The notes under the pieces: generated by a model | The model's input: the letters and a program-made list of their open reading frames with translations, nothing else | What the model was told of the DNA's origin: nothing | The model's database searches: none | Shown here: positions 19,898 to 29,704 of the stretch, piece after piece | Position numbering within the stretch: the stretch's first letter is position 1 | Layout: the number at the start of each line of letters is the position of its first letter | NCBI GenBank assembly: GCA_031441465.1 | Contig: JANOEP010000027.1 | Span: forward strand, 13,572-77,571 | Direction of reading: 5' to 3' | DNA: 64,000 nucleotides | Source of the DNA: a bacterium | GTDB taxonomy: Bacteria > Krumholzibacteriota > Krumholzibacteriia > LZORAL124-64-63 | Made by a program: the position numbers and the translations under genes

Positions 19898-20989
19898 ATG
19901 AGCAGCGGCACCTACACCCTGGGAACCCTGGACGGGCGCCTCAACCGCGCCCAGACCTTGCTGGTCATCGAACGGCTGCGCGCGGCGCACCCGCGGGCCA
20001 TCTTCGACATGGTCACCATCTCGGACCCCCGCACCAACCGGCAGAGCGCGTCGGAGCTGTACTGCGCCCACTCGGCGGCGGAGATCGAGATGCTGCTGTC
20101 GCACCTGCTCGCCGGGGAGTTCCAGCTGCTCGACATCGCCGCTGAGGATATCGTGCGGCCGCTGCCGAGCGGGCTGGTCGTCGCGGCGGTGCCCGAGCGC
20201 AACACGCCCTTCGACGCCCTGCTGCACAAGGGCGGCTGCATCGCGGACGACCTCGAGGACGGCACGCGCGTCGGCGTCCTGAGCCGCCGCTCGATGGCCC
20301 AGATCCACCAGCTCTGGCCCCAGCTCAAACCGAAGCTGCTCTACGGCGGCGCCGTCGAGGCACTGGACGCGTACCTGCAGGACGAGGCCGTGGACTGCCT
20401 GGTCCTGCCCGCGGCCATCGCCGAGCGCCTGGGCGTCCAAGACATCGTGACGGAGATCTTCTTCCCGGAGATCACCCTGCCCGGAGCCGGACAGGGCCTC
20501 ATCGCCATCATCGCGCGGGCCGGCGACGCCGAGGTGCTCGGCATGGTGGCGGCCATGGACTCCCCCCAGTCCCGCGCGGAGATGACGGCCGAGCTGGCCT
20601 TCCGCGAGAGGATCTGCTCGGACCAGGACTGCCCTCTCGGCGTGCTGGCCCAGGCCGGCGAAGACAGCCTGATCATCACCGGCGCCGTGGGCTCCATGCA
20701 CGGCCACTCCATGAACCAGGCCGTCCTGCGCGGGCCCTCGATCGAGGCGGCGGCGCTGGGCGTGCGGCTGGCCGAGCAGCTCCTGCTCAACACGGCCTCG
20801 CTGATCGACCTGCTGGAAGCCGATTTTCCCGAGGGTCTGCCCGTGGAACTCGAGGAGGGCGCGGCGGCGCCGCAGGAAGCCGACGGCATCCACGAGGAAA
20901 ACCTGCCGGAAGAGCTCGGCGAGGATTTCAAGGGCGGCGGGGACGATCCCTACGACGACGATTTCGTGGAGCCGCGCGACGACTACTGA
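19898..20989 (+). CDS. Porphobilinogen deaminase (HemC)-fold protein with a degenerate active site and acidic C-terminal tail
   Basis: HemC-like segments (PERNTPFDALL, LPGAGQGLIAI, AELAFRERI...CPLG), but most conserved Arg residues and the GGC cofactor-attachment motif are altered. Confidence 0.75.
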   Translation: MSSGTYTLGTLDGRLNRAQTLLVIERLRAAHPRAIFDMVTISDPRTNRQSASELYCAHSAAEIEMLLSHLLAGEFQLLDIAAEDIVRPLPSGLVVAAVPERNTPFDALLHKGGCIADDLEDGTRVGVLSRRSMAQIHQLWPQLKPKLLYGGAVEALDAYLQDEAVDCLVLPAAIAERLGVQDIVTEIFFPEITLPGAGQGLIAIIARAGDAEVLGMVAAMDSPQSRAEMTAELAFRERICSDQDCPLGVLAQAGEDSLIITGAVGSMHGHSMNQAVLRGPSIEAAALGVRLAEQLLLNTASLIDLLEADFPEGLPVELEEGAAAPQEADGIHEENLPEELGEDFKGGGDDPYDDDFVEPRDDY

Positions 20990-21954
20990 CCCGAGGGCGA
21001 CGACCGGCCCTGTCCTGCCGACGTTTCCGGATCGCCTGCGGCCGCCAAGCCGGCCGCCACGGCAGCGGCGGCGAACGGGTCGCTCATTTGGGCCGTGCCG
21101 ATCTGCACGGCGACCGCTCCCACCGCGAAGAACTTCAACGCATCCTCGAGGGTCGTGATCCCACCGACACCCACTACGGGCAGACCCGTCTCCTGCACGA
21201 TCTCGTCGACCCGGGCCAACGCGACCGGCAGCAGGGCGGGGCCGCTGTAACCGCCCCGCCGGCGCGGCAGGACCGGCAAACCCGTGCGCAGGTCCACGTC
21301 CATGCCGATCAGGGTGTTGATGGCGGTCACCCCGTCGGCACCGCCGCGCGCCGCCGCGGCGGCGAGCCGGGCGATGCTGCCGACGTTGGGCGTGAGCTTG
21401 GCCAGCAAGGCGCGCTCCGGCAGGTGCTCGCGCGCCGCGGCGACACAGCGCTCCACCATCACGGGATCGCGGCCGAAGTCGACCCCGCCCTCGGCCACGT
21501 TCGGGCAACTCAGGTTCAGCTCGACGCCGTGCCAGTGAGCCGACCCGGCGGCCGCCGCGGCCAGCCGGCGGGCCAGATCCCCGAACTCCCCGGGCCGGGT
21601 GGCCGCGAGGCTGGCGACGAAGGGCACCCCGCGCGCTTCGAGGACCGGCACGATCTCGTCCACGAAGCGCGCGAGGCCGACGTTCTCCAGCCCGATGGAA
21701 TTCAAGGCGCCGTGCGCGGTCTCCCACAGCCGGGGCGGCGGGTTGCCGGGGCGGGCCTCGGGCGTGACCGTCTTGGTGACCACCGCCCCGAGACCGGCGA
21801 AGGGCGACCCGTAGCCGGGAGCGACGAGATCGGCCCCGTCCAGGCCGTAACCGAAGCAACCCGATGCGGTCCAGATCCGACCGGGAAACTCGCGCGGGCC
21901 GAGCCGCAGAGGTCCGCGGGGATCGAAGGCGAGCCAGCCCGGCAGCATCATCAC
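20983..21954 (-). CDS. pyrD: Dihydroorotate dehydrogenase B, catalytic subunit
   Basis: TASGCFGYG, VTKTVT, GNPPPRL, LNSIGLEN, ELNLSCPNV, KLTPNV, INTL, GGYSG. Start could be GTG 21954 or ATG 21951. Confidence 0.93.
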   Translation of the reverse strand: MMMLPGWLAFDPRGPLRLGPREFPGRIWTASGCFGYGLDGADLVAPGYGSPFAGLGAVVTKTVTPEARPGNPPPRLWETAHGALNSIGLENVGLARFVDEIVPVLEARGVPFVASLAATRPGEFGDLARRLAAAAAGSAHWHGVELNLSCPNVAEGGVDFGRDPVMVERCVAAAREHLPERALLAKLTPNVGSIARLAAAAARGGADGVTAINTLIGMDVDLRTGLPVLPRRRGGYSGPALLPVALARVDEIVQETGLPVVGVGGITTLEDALKFFAVGAVAVQIGTAQMSDPFAAAAVAAGLAAAGDPETSAGQGRSSPSGQ

Positions 21955-22778
21955 ACACCGCTCCCCTCGCCGAACCGCGCCCAGTCCAGTCCACGCGCGT
22001 CGAAGACGGGCCCGTCCTTGCAGGCCGTGGCGTAGCCGCCGTCCTGCGCGCGCGGAACCACGCAGCCCCGGCACACGCCGTACCCGCAGCCCATGCGTTC
22101 CTCCACCGAGACCGAGCAATCCCAACCGCGCTCGGCGGCCAGCACCGCCGCCGCGCGCAGCAGGGGCAGCGGCCCGCAGGCCAGCACCACGTGCGCCGGC
22201 GACCCGGCGGGCAGCAGCGAGCGCGCCAGTTCCACGACATTCCCGCCGAAGGCGAGTCGACCGGCCGGAACCGCGCCGGGCCGGTCCAGGCTGACGCGCC
22301 AGGCGGGGCTCAGCAGGCCCCAGGGCAGGTCGTCGCCGTCACGGCCACCGGCACAGCGGAGATCCTGCGGCCGGTCCCAGCGTTCCGCCCAGGCGAGCAG
22401 GGGCGGCAGCCCCACCCCGCCGGCCAGCAAGAGGCGCGGCCTGGGGTCGGGTGCGGGGAACGGGCGGCCCAGGGGGACGAGGCAGGTGACCGGGGCCCCG
22501 ACACCGGCGTCGCGCAGCCGGGCGGTGCCGCGGCCGACAACCTTGTAGAGCAGCGAGAGACGTTGTCCGGTCTTCGCCAGCAGGGAGAAGGGCCGGCCGA
22601 AGACCAGGGCGAGGTCGCCCGTGAGGTTGAGCATGCAGAACTGGCCCGGTTGGAACGGGACGGCTTCCTCCAGCTCGAGTTCCAGCCGCCGCATGGACGA
22701 GGAGACGGGGACATCCGCGGCGATCGTCCCACGCAGACGGCGGGCGGACGGTGGGGGCGCGGCGGCGGGCATGGTCAC
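21951..22778 (-). CDS. pyrK: Dihydroorotate dehydrogenase electron-transfer subunit
   Basis: PGQF, RPFS, VVGRGT, AGGVGLPP, ACGP, EERMGCGYGVCRGC...CKDGPVF. Confidence 0.92.
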   Translation of the reverse strand: MTMPAAAPPPSARRLRGTIAADVPVSSSMRRLELELEEAVPFQPGQFCMLNLTGDLALVFGRPFSLLAKTGQRLSLLYKVVGRGTARLRDAGVGAPVTCLVPLGRPFPAPDPRPRLLLAGGVGLPPLLAWAERWDRPQDLRCAGGRDGDDLPWGLLSPAWRVSLDRPGAVPAGRLAFGGNVVELARSLLPAGSPAHVVLACGPLPLLRAAAVLAAERGWDCSVSVEERMGCGYGVCRGCVVPRAQDGGYATACKDGPVFDARGLDWARFGEGSGV

Positions 22779-22812
22779 GTGGCGTTCTCCTGGGCCGCGG
22801 CCCGGTTTCCCG

Positions 22813-24387
22813 TCAGCCTCGTCCCTGCAGCTTGCGGTCGCGCCAGTGCGACCGGCGCCCGCCCGGGACCGGAGAAGTCAAGGGCCGTTCGCTCACCGGA
22901 CCGGCCGCCTCGGGGCCGTCATCGCCGATTTCCGGCGGCGCGCCGGCTGCCAATTCGAGTTCGCGCCGGCGTGCCTCGAGCCCGGTCAGGTAGCCGTAGA
23001 GATCGCCCTCGGGCCCTTCCCGCACCACGAAGGCCTGGGGCGACTCCGGGAACTCGGCCTGCAGCCGCGCGGTCTGCACCGCCGCGGAATCCGGCAAGGC
23101 CAGATGGTCGCGGTAGATCAAGGCGGCGCCGTAGAGGCCGCGCACGGCGGCGGCGCTGTCCTGCGCCGCCGCCGCGGCCACTTCGAGGTAGGCGTCCAAC
23201 GCGAGCCGCGGCCGGTCGAGTGCGAACAGCAGGACGTTGGCCATGCTCAAACGCAAGGCGGGCTTCTGGTCCTCGCCGGCGGTGCCGAGCCGTTGCTCGG
23301 CGGCCAGGTAGCGGTTGAGTTCGGCGTCGAGCCGGCGGCAGCGCTGCTCGTCCTCCAGGACGTTCGCGTTGCGCAGGGCGTCGCGGAACTGCTGCCGGGC
23401 CTCCTCGATCTTCCACTGCTTCAGGTAGATCTCCCCGAGCATCTCGGCCAGCCGCGCCGGCACCTCGCCGGCGCGCCACTCCACGGGGAGGTTCTCCAGC
23501 AACGGGGCCGCTTCCTCGGACTTCCCGCGGGCGATCAGGACCTCGGCCTGAGCCAGGGCCACCACGCCGTCCTTCCCGTAGAGTTCGGCCTCCTGCTTCA
23601 ACTGGGTGACCAGATCCGCGGCCTCGTCGTGGCGCCCGAGCCGCGCCAGGCAGCGGGCCTGCAGCAGGCGCGCGTCGAACAGCTCGCCCTTGTCCCCGCC
23701 GACGGCGGCGACGGCCTCCAGCCGGCCGCGGGCCTCGTCGTACTCCCCCAGCTCCCAGTAGCAACGGGCCAGCTTGGTGCCGACGGCTGCCGCTTCGCCC
23801 CGGTCGGCGTGCCGGTCGAGATAATCGCGGAAGCGGTCGCGGGCGTCCGCCCAGGCCTCCATCGCCAGGGCGTTTTCGCCGCCGACGCGCAGCGCTTCGG
23901 CCTGGAATTCCGACTCGGGGAAGGCCTGCTCGAGCTGGGCGAGGTAGTTGCTGCTGCCGCCGACATCGCCCACCAGCAGGTGGCTCACGGCCTGGAGGTA
24001 CAGGGCCTCCTCCAAATGAGGCGTGGCCGGGAAGTTCGAGACCAGCAGTTCCAGCTGGGTGATGGCCATGCGGTGGGACTCGAGGCGGTGGTACGCCTTC
24101 GCCATCAGGAACAGGGCGTCGTCGGTGAGGGCGTGGCCCGGGTATTCGTCCAGGATGATCTGGCACTTCTTGATGCAGCGCTGGTATTCCAGGGCCTGTT
24201 GCGACGTGGGTGTGGCGGGGTCCAGGCCCTGCTTGATGCGGTCGCCGCGCACCAGTTCGGCGGTCGTGAAGGCCTTCTTGGCATTGTAGAAGGTGTTGAA
24301 GCGGGCGCAACCCGCGCCGCAGGCCAGCAACGCCAGGACGAGCAGGGCGGCGGTCGGTTTCCGATGCCGGTACCACATCGCGATCAT
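22813..24387 (-). CDS. TPR-repeat lipoprotein (BamD / SprE-PorW-like)
   Basis: Signal peptide with lipobox GAG-C followed by ARFNTFYNA; many TPR-like helices (DDALFLMAKAY, EEALYLQA). Confidence 0.75.
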   Translation of the reverse strand: MIAMWYRHRKPTAALLVLALLACGAGCARFNTFYNAKKAFTTAELVRGDRIKQGLDPATPTSQQALEYQRCIKKCQIILDEYPGHALTDDALFLMAKAYHRLESHRMAITQLELLVSNFPATPHLEEALYLQAVSHLLVGDVGGSSNYLAQLEQAFPESEFQAEALRVGGENALAMEAWADARDRFRDYLDRHADRGEAAAVGTKLARCYWELGEYDEARGRLEAVAAVGGDKGELFDARLLQARCLARLGRHDEAADLVTQLKQEAELYGKDGVVALAQAEVLIARGKSEEAAPLLENLPVEWRAGEVPARLAEMLGEIYLKQWKIEEARQQFRDALRNANVLEDEQRCRRLDAELNRYLAAEQRLGTAGEDQKPALRLSMANVLLFALDRPRLALDAYLEVAAAAAQDSAAAVRGLYGAALIYRDHLALPDSAAVQTARLQAEFPESPQAFVVREGPEGDLYGYLTGLEARRRELELAAGAPPEIGDDGPEAAGPVSERPLTSPVPGGRRSHWRDRKLQGRG

Positions 24388-24427
24388 CCATTCCCAGGGG
24401 TCGTCACAGAACTGGATCGGTACGCTC

Positions 24428-25738
24428 TCAGTCCCCGTCGCGGTAGGTCGACCGGCCGCGCAGGAAGGTCGCCTTGACGCGCCCGATCAGCTTCTGACCG
24501 CCGTACGGGGTGTTCTTGCTCTTGGACCGCAGCGCCTCGGGCTGCACGGTCCACTCCTCTTCCGGGTCGAAGAGCAGGAAGTCGGCCTCCCCGCCCTCCT
24601 CGAGCCGTCCGCACGGCAGCCCGTAGGTCGCCGCGGCGCGCGCGCTCATCCGCTCCACCAGCTGGCCGAGGCCCAGCTTGCCGGTCCGGACCAGGTGAGT
24701 ATGGCAGACCGCGAGCGCGGTCTCCAGTCCGACCACGCCGAAGGGCGCCTGGTCGAACATCAGTTCCTTCTCCATCGCCGTGTGCGGCGCGTGGTCGCTG
24801 GCGATGCAGTCCAGCACGCCGTCGACGAGCCCCTGGGTCACGGCCTCGATGTCCTCCTGCTCGCGCAGCGGCGGGTTCATCTTGAACAGCGGCGAGAAGT
24901 CCCGGCAGCACGAGTGGTCCAGGGACAAGTGGTGGGGCGTCACCTCGGCGGTGACGTGGACGCCCTGTTCCCGCGCGCGGCGGATGATCTCGACGGTGCC
25001 CCGGGTCGAAACGTGGGCGACGTGCAGGTGGCCGCCGGTGGTGCGGGCCAGCTCGACGTCGCGGAAGACCATCACGTCCTCGGCCAGCCGCGGCAGCCCG
25101 GCCAGACCCAGTTTCGTCGACCAGTAGCCGGCGTGCATGACGCCCTTGCCGGCCAGGGTCGCGTCCTCGGCGTGCGAGGTCACGGGTACGCCCAGCATCC
25201 GCGCGTACTGCAGGGCGTACTGCATGAGTTTGCCGTGCATGACCGGCTGCCCGTCGTCGGTAAAGCCGACGGCCCCGGCCTTGACGAGGTCGCCGAACTC
25301 GGTGAGCGACTCGCCCTCCTGCCCCTTGCTGATCGCCGCGGTGGGGAAGACCCGGCAGAGGCCGGTCTCCTCGGCGCGGTCCAGGATGTAGCGCACCATC
25401 GGCGCGTCGTCCACCGGCGGGCGGGTGTTCGGCATGGTCACCACGGCCGTGAAGCCGCCCGCCGCCGCCGCGCGCGAGCCGGTGGCGATCGTCTCCTTCT
25501 CCTCCTGGCCGGGCTCGCGGAAGTGCACGTGGACGTCGACGAGGCCGGGCGCGCAGACCAGGCCGCCGCCGTCGAGCACGGGCAGGTCCTCGCGCGACGG
25601 CGCGCCCAGGCCCAGCGCCTCGACGCGGCCCTTCTGCACGTGCAGGAAGCCCGGCCGCTCGGACAGCGTCCCGTCGCGGCACAGGCGCACGTTCGCGACC
25701 AGGTACTCGGCGGGGATCCGCTTCCAGTTCCACTCCAT
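24428..25738 (-). CDS. pyrC: Dihydroorotase (type I)
   Basis: PGLVDVHVHFREPG, MPNT, FTDDG, HVAHVST, EVTPHHL, KMNPPLR, ASDHAPH. Confidence 0.96.
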   Translation of the reverse strand: MEWNWKRIPAEYLVANVRLCRDGTLSERPGFLHVQKGRVEALGLGAPSREDLPVLDGGGLVCAPGLVDVHVHFREPGQEEKETIATGSRAAAAGGFTAVVTMPNTRPPVDDAPMVRYILDRAEETGLCRVFPTAAISKGQEGESLTEFGDLVKAGAVGFTDDGQPVMHGKLMQYALQYARMLGVPVTSHAEDATLAGKGVMHAGYWSTKLGLAGLPRLAEDVMVFRDVELARTTGGHLHVAHVSTRGTVEIIRRAREQGVHVTAEVTPHHLSLDHSCCRDFSPLFKMNPPLREQEDIEAVTQGLVDGVLDCIASDHAPHTAMEKELMFDQAPFGVVGLETALAVCHTHLVRTGKLGLGQLVERMSARAAATYGLPCGRLEEGGEADFLLFDPEEEWTVQPEALRSKSKNTPYGGQKLIGRVKATFLRGRSTYRDGD

Positions 25739-25740
25739 GG

Positions 25741-26705
<965 letters not shown>

Positions 26706-26709
<4 letters not shown>

Positions 26710-27257
26710 CCCTCCTGCACCTCCCCGACGACGACTTCCTGGCGATCGTCGTACTCCTTCACCTTGACCTTGATGATCTCCTTCTGGGAGGTGGGGACGT
26801 TCTTGCCCACGAAGTCCGGTCGGATGGGCAGCTCGCGGTGCCCGCGGTCGATGAGCACCGCCAGACGGATCGCGCGCGGCCGGCCCCAGTCCATGATCAC
26901 GTCGAGCGCGGCGCGCACCGTGCGGCCGGTGTACAGCACGTCGTCGATCAGGATGACGTTCTTGTCGGTGACGTCCATCGGCACGGTGGTCTCGTTGATC
27001 CGCGGCGCCGGACCGATCGTCGACAGGTCGTCGCGGTAGAACGTGATGTCGATGGCGCCGAGCGGCACCTCGACCCCCTCCACCTTGCGGATCGCCTCGC
27101 CGATCAACGCCGCCAGCGGCACGCCGCGGCGCTGCACGCCCAGCAGCACCAGGTCCGTCGTCCCCTTGTTCGCCTCGATGATCTCGTGGGCGATGCGGGT
27201 CAGCGCGCGGCCGACCTCGCTGCCGTTCATGATGGTGGTCTTCTCGACGAAGGACAT
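26706..27257 (-). CDS. pyrR: Pyrimidine operon attenuation protein / uracil phosphoribosyltransferase
   Basis: [52 protein letters not shown]. Confidence 0.97.
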
Positions 27258-27290
27258 CTCTTCACCCCTCCCGGGGGCGTCGCCGGACAC

Positions 27291-27322
27291 AAAAAAAGGC
27301 AGGGCCTGAACGCACCCGTGCC
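27291..27322 (-). terminator. Attenuator terminator in the pyr leader
   Basis: Minus strand GGCACGGGT...GCCCTGCC followed by 7 T, between the PyrR site and pyrR. Confidence 0.8.
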
Positions 27323-27342
27323 AGCCTGGTTCCGGTTCCGCC

Positions 27343-27376
27343 TCCTTTTGGGCCTCGCGGGGCCGCATTAAAAGGA
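27343..27376 (-). promoter_or_regulatory. PyrR-binding RNA stem-loop (anti-antiterminator)
   Basis: Minus strand UCCUUUUAAUGCGGCCCCGCGAGGCCCAAAAGGA matches the known PyrR element (CCUUUAA ... RUCC-NGNGA-GGY ... AAGG). Confidence 0.85.
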
Positions 27377-27468
27377 CAGCCGCTACTGTCTCGGGGCGAA
27401 TCTAGCAGATCGCCGGCGCGGGCGCAAGAGCCACCTCCGGGCCGGTCCGTCCCCGGACCGGGCCGCCG

Positions 27469-28485
27469 CTAGACTTCCCGGTCCGCACACAGCTGCAGGT
27501 CCGCCTCGCTCTTGACCTCGGCCAGGACGGCGAGCATCTGCTCGCCGGTCTCGGTGGCGAACAGGCGGCGGCGGATGGCCGCCGCGCCCGGGAAACCCCG
27601 GAAGTAGCGCACGACGTGCTTGCGCACCACGTGCGAGCCGATGCGCTCCCCCTTCAGACGGCATTCCTCGACGATGTGCCGGTCGACGGTGGCGAAGATC
27701 TCGGCCAGAGTCGGCGGCGCGAATTCCCGCAGGCCCTCGGCGGCGTCCATCGCCGCGAAGAGCCACGGGTCGCCGGTGGCGGCCCGCCCCACCATGACCG
27801 CGTGGCAGCGGGTCGTGCGCACCATGCGGGCGTACGAGTCCCCGTCCACGACGTCGCCGTTGCCGATCACCGGGATGTCGAGGGTCGCCACCAGGTCCGC
27901 GATGCGCTCCCAGTCGGCCTCGCCGGAGAATTTCTGAGCGCGGGTGCGGCCGTGCAGCGTGACCCAGGCGCAGCCCGCCTCCTGCAACGCCAGGCCCACC
28001 TCGCGATAGTTGACCGAGGCCTCGTCCCAGCCGGTGCGGATCTTGGCGCTGACCGGCGCCGGGCTCGCCGCGACGACCGCTGCCGTGATCTCCGTCAGCA
28101 GCGGCACGTCGGCGAGCAGCGCGCTGCCCCCGCATTTCGCCACGACCTTCTTGGCCGGACAGCCGAAGTTGATGTCCAGCACATCGAGCCGCCGGTTCGC
28201 CATCAGGCGGGCCGCGCCGGCCATCGCGGCGGGCTCGTTGCCGAAGATCTGCACCCCGACCAGCCCCCGCTCGCCCTCGGTGTCCACGAGCCGCCACGCC
28301 TGGGGGATGTCGTAGGTCAGGCCCTTGGCGGCGGTGAACTCGCAGAAGGCGATCCCCGCGCCGTGCTCGCGGCAGATGTCCCGGAACGCCCGGTCGGTCA
28401 CGCCGGCCATGGGCGACAGGGCGGTGCGCACGCCGGCGAACCAGGGCGTGCGGGGGTCGATGCGGACGGGCTTGCGGTCGAACAA
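27469..28485 (-). CDS. dusB: tRNA-dihydrouridine synthase (DusB-like)
   Basis: LSPMAGVTD, VQIFG, DINFGCP, GGSALL, KIRTGW, LHGRTR, IGNGDV, MVGRA. Confidence 0.92.
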   Translation of the reverse strand: MFDRKPVRIDPRTPWFAGVRTALSPMAGVTDRAFRDICREHGAGIAFCEFTAAKGLTYDIPQAWRLVDTEGERGLVGVQIFGNEPAAMAGAARLMANRRLDVLDINFGCPAKKVVAKCGGSALLADVPLLTEITAAVVAASPAPVSAKIRTGWDEASVNYREVGLALQEAGCAWVTLHGRTRAQKFSGEADWERIADLVATLDIPVIGNGDVVDGDSYARMVRTTRCHAVMVGRAATGDPWLFAAMDAAEGLREFAPPTLAEIFATVDRHIVEECRLKGERIGSHVVRKHVVRYFRGFPGAAAIRRRLFATETGEQMLAVLAEVKSEADLQLCADREV

Positions 28486-28571
28486 GGCGCTCCGATCGGT
28501 TGGCGATCCGGCGTGGCGGCGCCTCCAATATAGCAGGGATGCCCGTGGCTGAAAGGCCGGTCGCCGACGGG

Positions 28572-28603
28572 AAACGGGCCGCCCCCGTCGGGAGGCGGCC
28601 CGT
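28572..28603 (-). terminator. Probable terminator after the 28625-29470 gene
   Basis: ACGGGCCGCC...GGCGGCCCGT hairpin with only a short T tail on the minus strand. Confidence 0.55.
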
Positions 28604-28624
28604 GCGCGGGTTTGGGGTCCGCGA

Positions 28625-29470
28625 CTACTTGTACATCGACTTCACTTCGCCCCAGCCGTACAGGTCGTCGACGTCCTCGGCGTCGTCTTCCTCGTCGGCG
28701 GCGGTGTCCAGCGAACCGGCCAGCGTCTTGTTGCCGCAACCGCAGTCGCCGCGGTTGAAGTCGCGCAGCTCACGGATCAGGCGCCGCGCCTCGCTCCGGG
28801 CCGAGTGCGACAGGCATCCGTACCAGGGACGCGAGCCCAGGAACGTGTCGGCGGCGGCGATCGACGACGCGGCGGTGTCCTCGACGCCGGCGGCGACGTT
28901 CAGCTTGGCGGCGATCAGCTGGCGGGCCAACCGCATCTGCAGGGTGATCGCGGGCAGGCGCAGCACGCACAGCAGTTCCTGCTTGTTGCGCAGGTGGTTG
29001 CCGATCCGCAGCTGATTCACGGGCCATTCGTTGCAATGGCGCTTCCACCAGGCCGGGCGGTGGGCGCAGACGACCGTGGTGTTGCCGCCGCAGTCCAGGA
29101 CTTGCTCGAAAGTCTTGATCGTGTCGCCGCTGGTGACGAAGGGCAGGAAGAAGGTCCCGATCACCGTGACGTTGCCCGTGAGGTCCAGCGACCACTCGCC
29201 CGCCGCTTCCATGGGGACGGCGTCGGCGTCCATCTCGAGCCGGACCGTGCCGGTGTGCTCCTCGAGCACCGCGCCGTCACGGGTCGCCGCGACAGCATAT
29301 TCCACGTCGACGTAGGGGTGGCTGGTCCCGATCTTGACCAGACCTTCCATCGACCAGCCTTCGCAATCCGCCGTGGCGCTGAAGGCGTCCCAGCGGGTGG
29401 CCTGGGCGGAGGTCGCCAGGCCCGCCACCAGCAACGCCAGCAACAAAACGTTCATCTTCTTGGACATCAT
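28625..29470 (-). CDS. Secreted hypothetical protein with a C-terminal WGxVKxxY motif
   Basis: Signal peptide ending AQA; beta-rich N-half; LARQLIAAKLN helix; acidic linker, then WGEVKSMYK-stop. Confidence 0.75.
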   Translation of the reverse strand: MMSKKMNVLLLALLVAGLATSAQATRWDAFSATADCEGWSMEGLVKIGTSHPYVDVEYAVAATRDGAVLEEHTGTVRLEMDADAVPMEAAGEWSLDLTGNVTVIGTFFLPFVTSGDTIKTFEQVLDCGGNTTVVCAHRPAWWKRHCNEWPVNQLRIGNHLRNKQELLCVLRLPAITLQMRLARQLIAAKLNVAAGVEDTAASSIAAADTFLGSRPWYGCLSHSARSEARRLIRELRDFNRGDCGCGNKTLAGSLDTAADEEDDAEDVDDLYGWGEVKSMYK

Positions 29471-29704
29471 CGACTTCCCTCCTACGTACAAGCTATGTTG
29501 TTGGTTGATTTAGGGGTGTGGCCCTGCGCCACGGAAGAATCATACATCATGCAAATATCCTAATTCAACAATAAAAATGTGAAATTATCAAATACACGCA
29601 GGTGGGGGCAGGGCCGCCCGGCCTTCTGGAGGAGGAATCCTGCTGGTAATTCTTTATTTTTCAACGAAACTGATGACTTCACCCTGACCGGAGCGTCCAG
29701 AGAG

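Noticed and set aside
19898..20989. Calling the HemC-like gene a pseudogene
   Set aside because: The reading frame is full length with no stops or frameshifts and has an RBS-like GGGAG; treated as a diverged CDS.
29575..29595. CRP/FNR/Rex-like site TGTGA-AATTA-TCAAA in the AT-rich intergenic region
   Set aside because: Spacer is 5 bp rather than 6 and the second half-site is imperfect.
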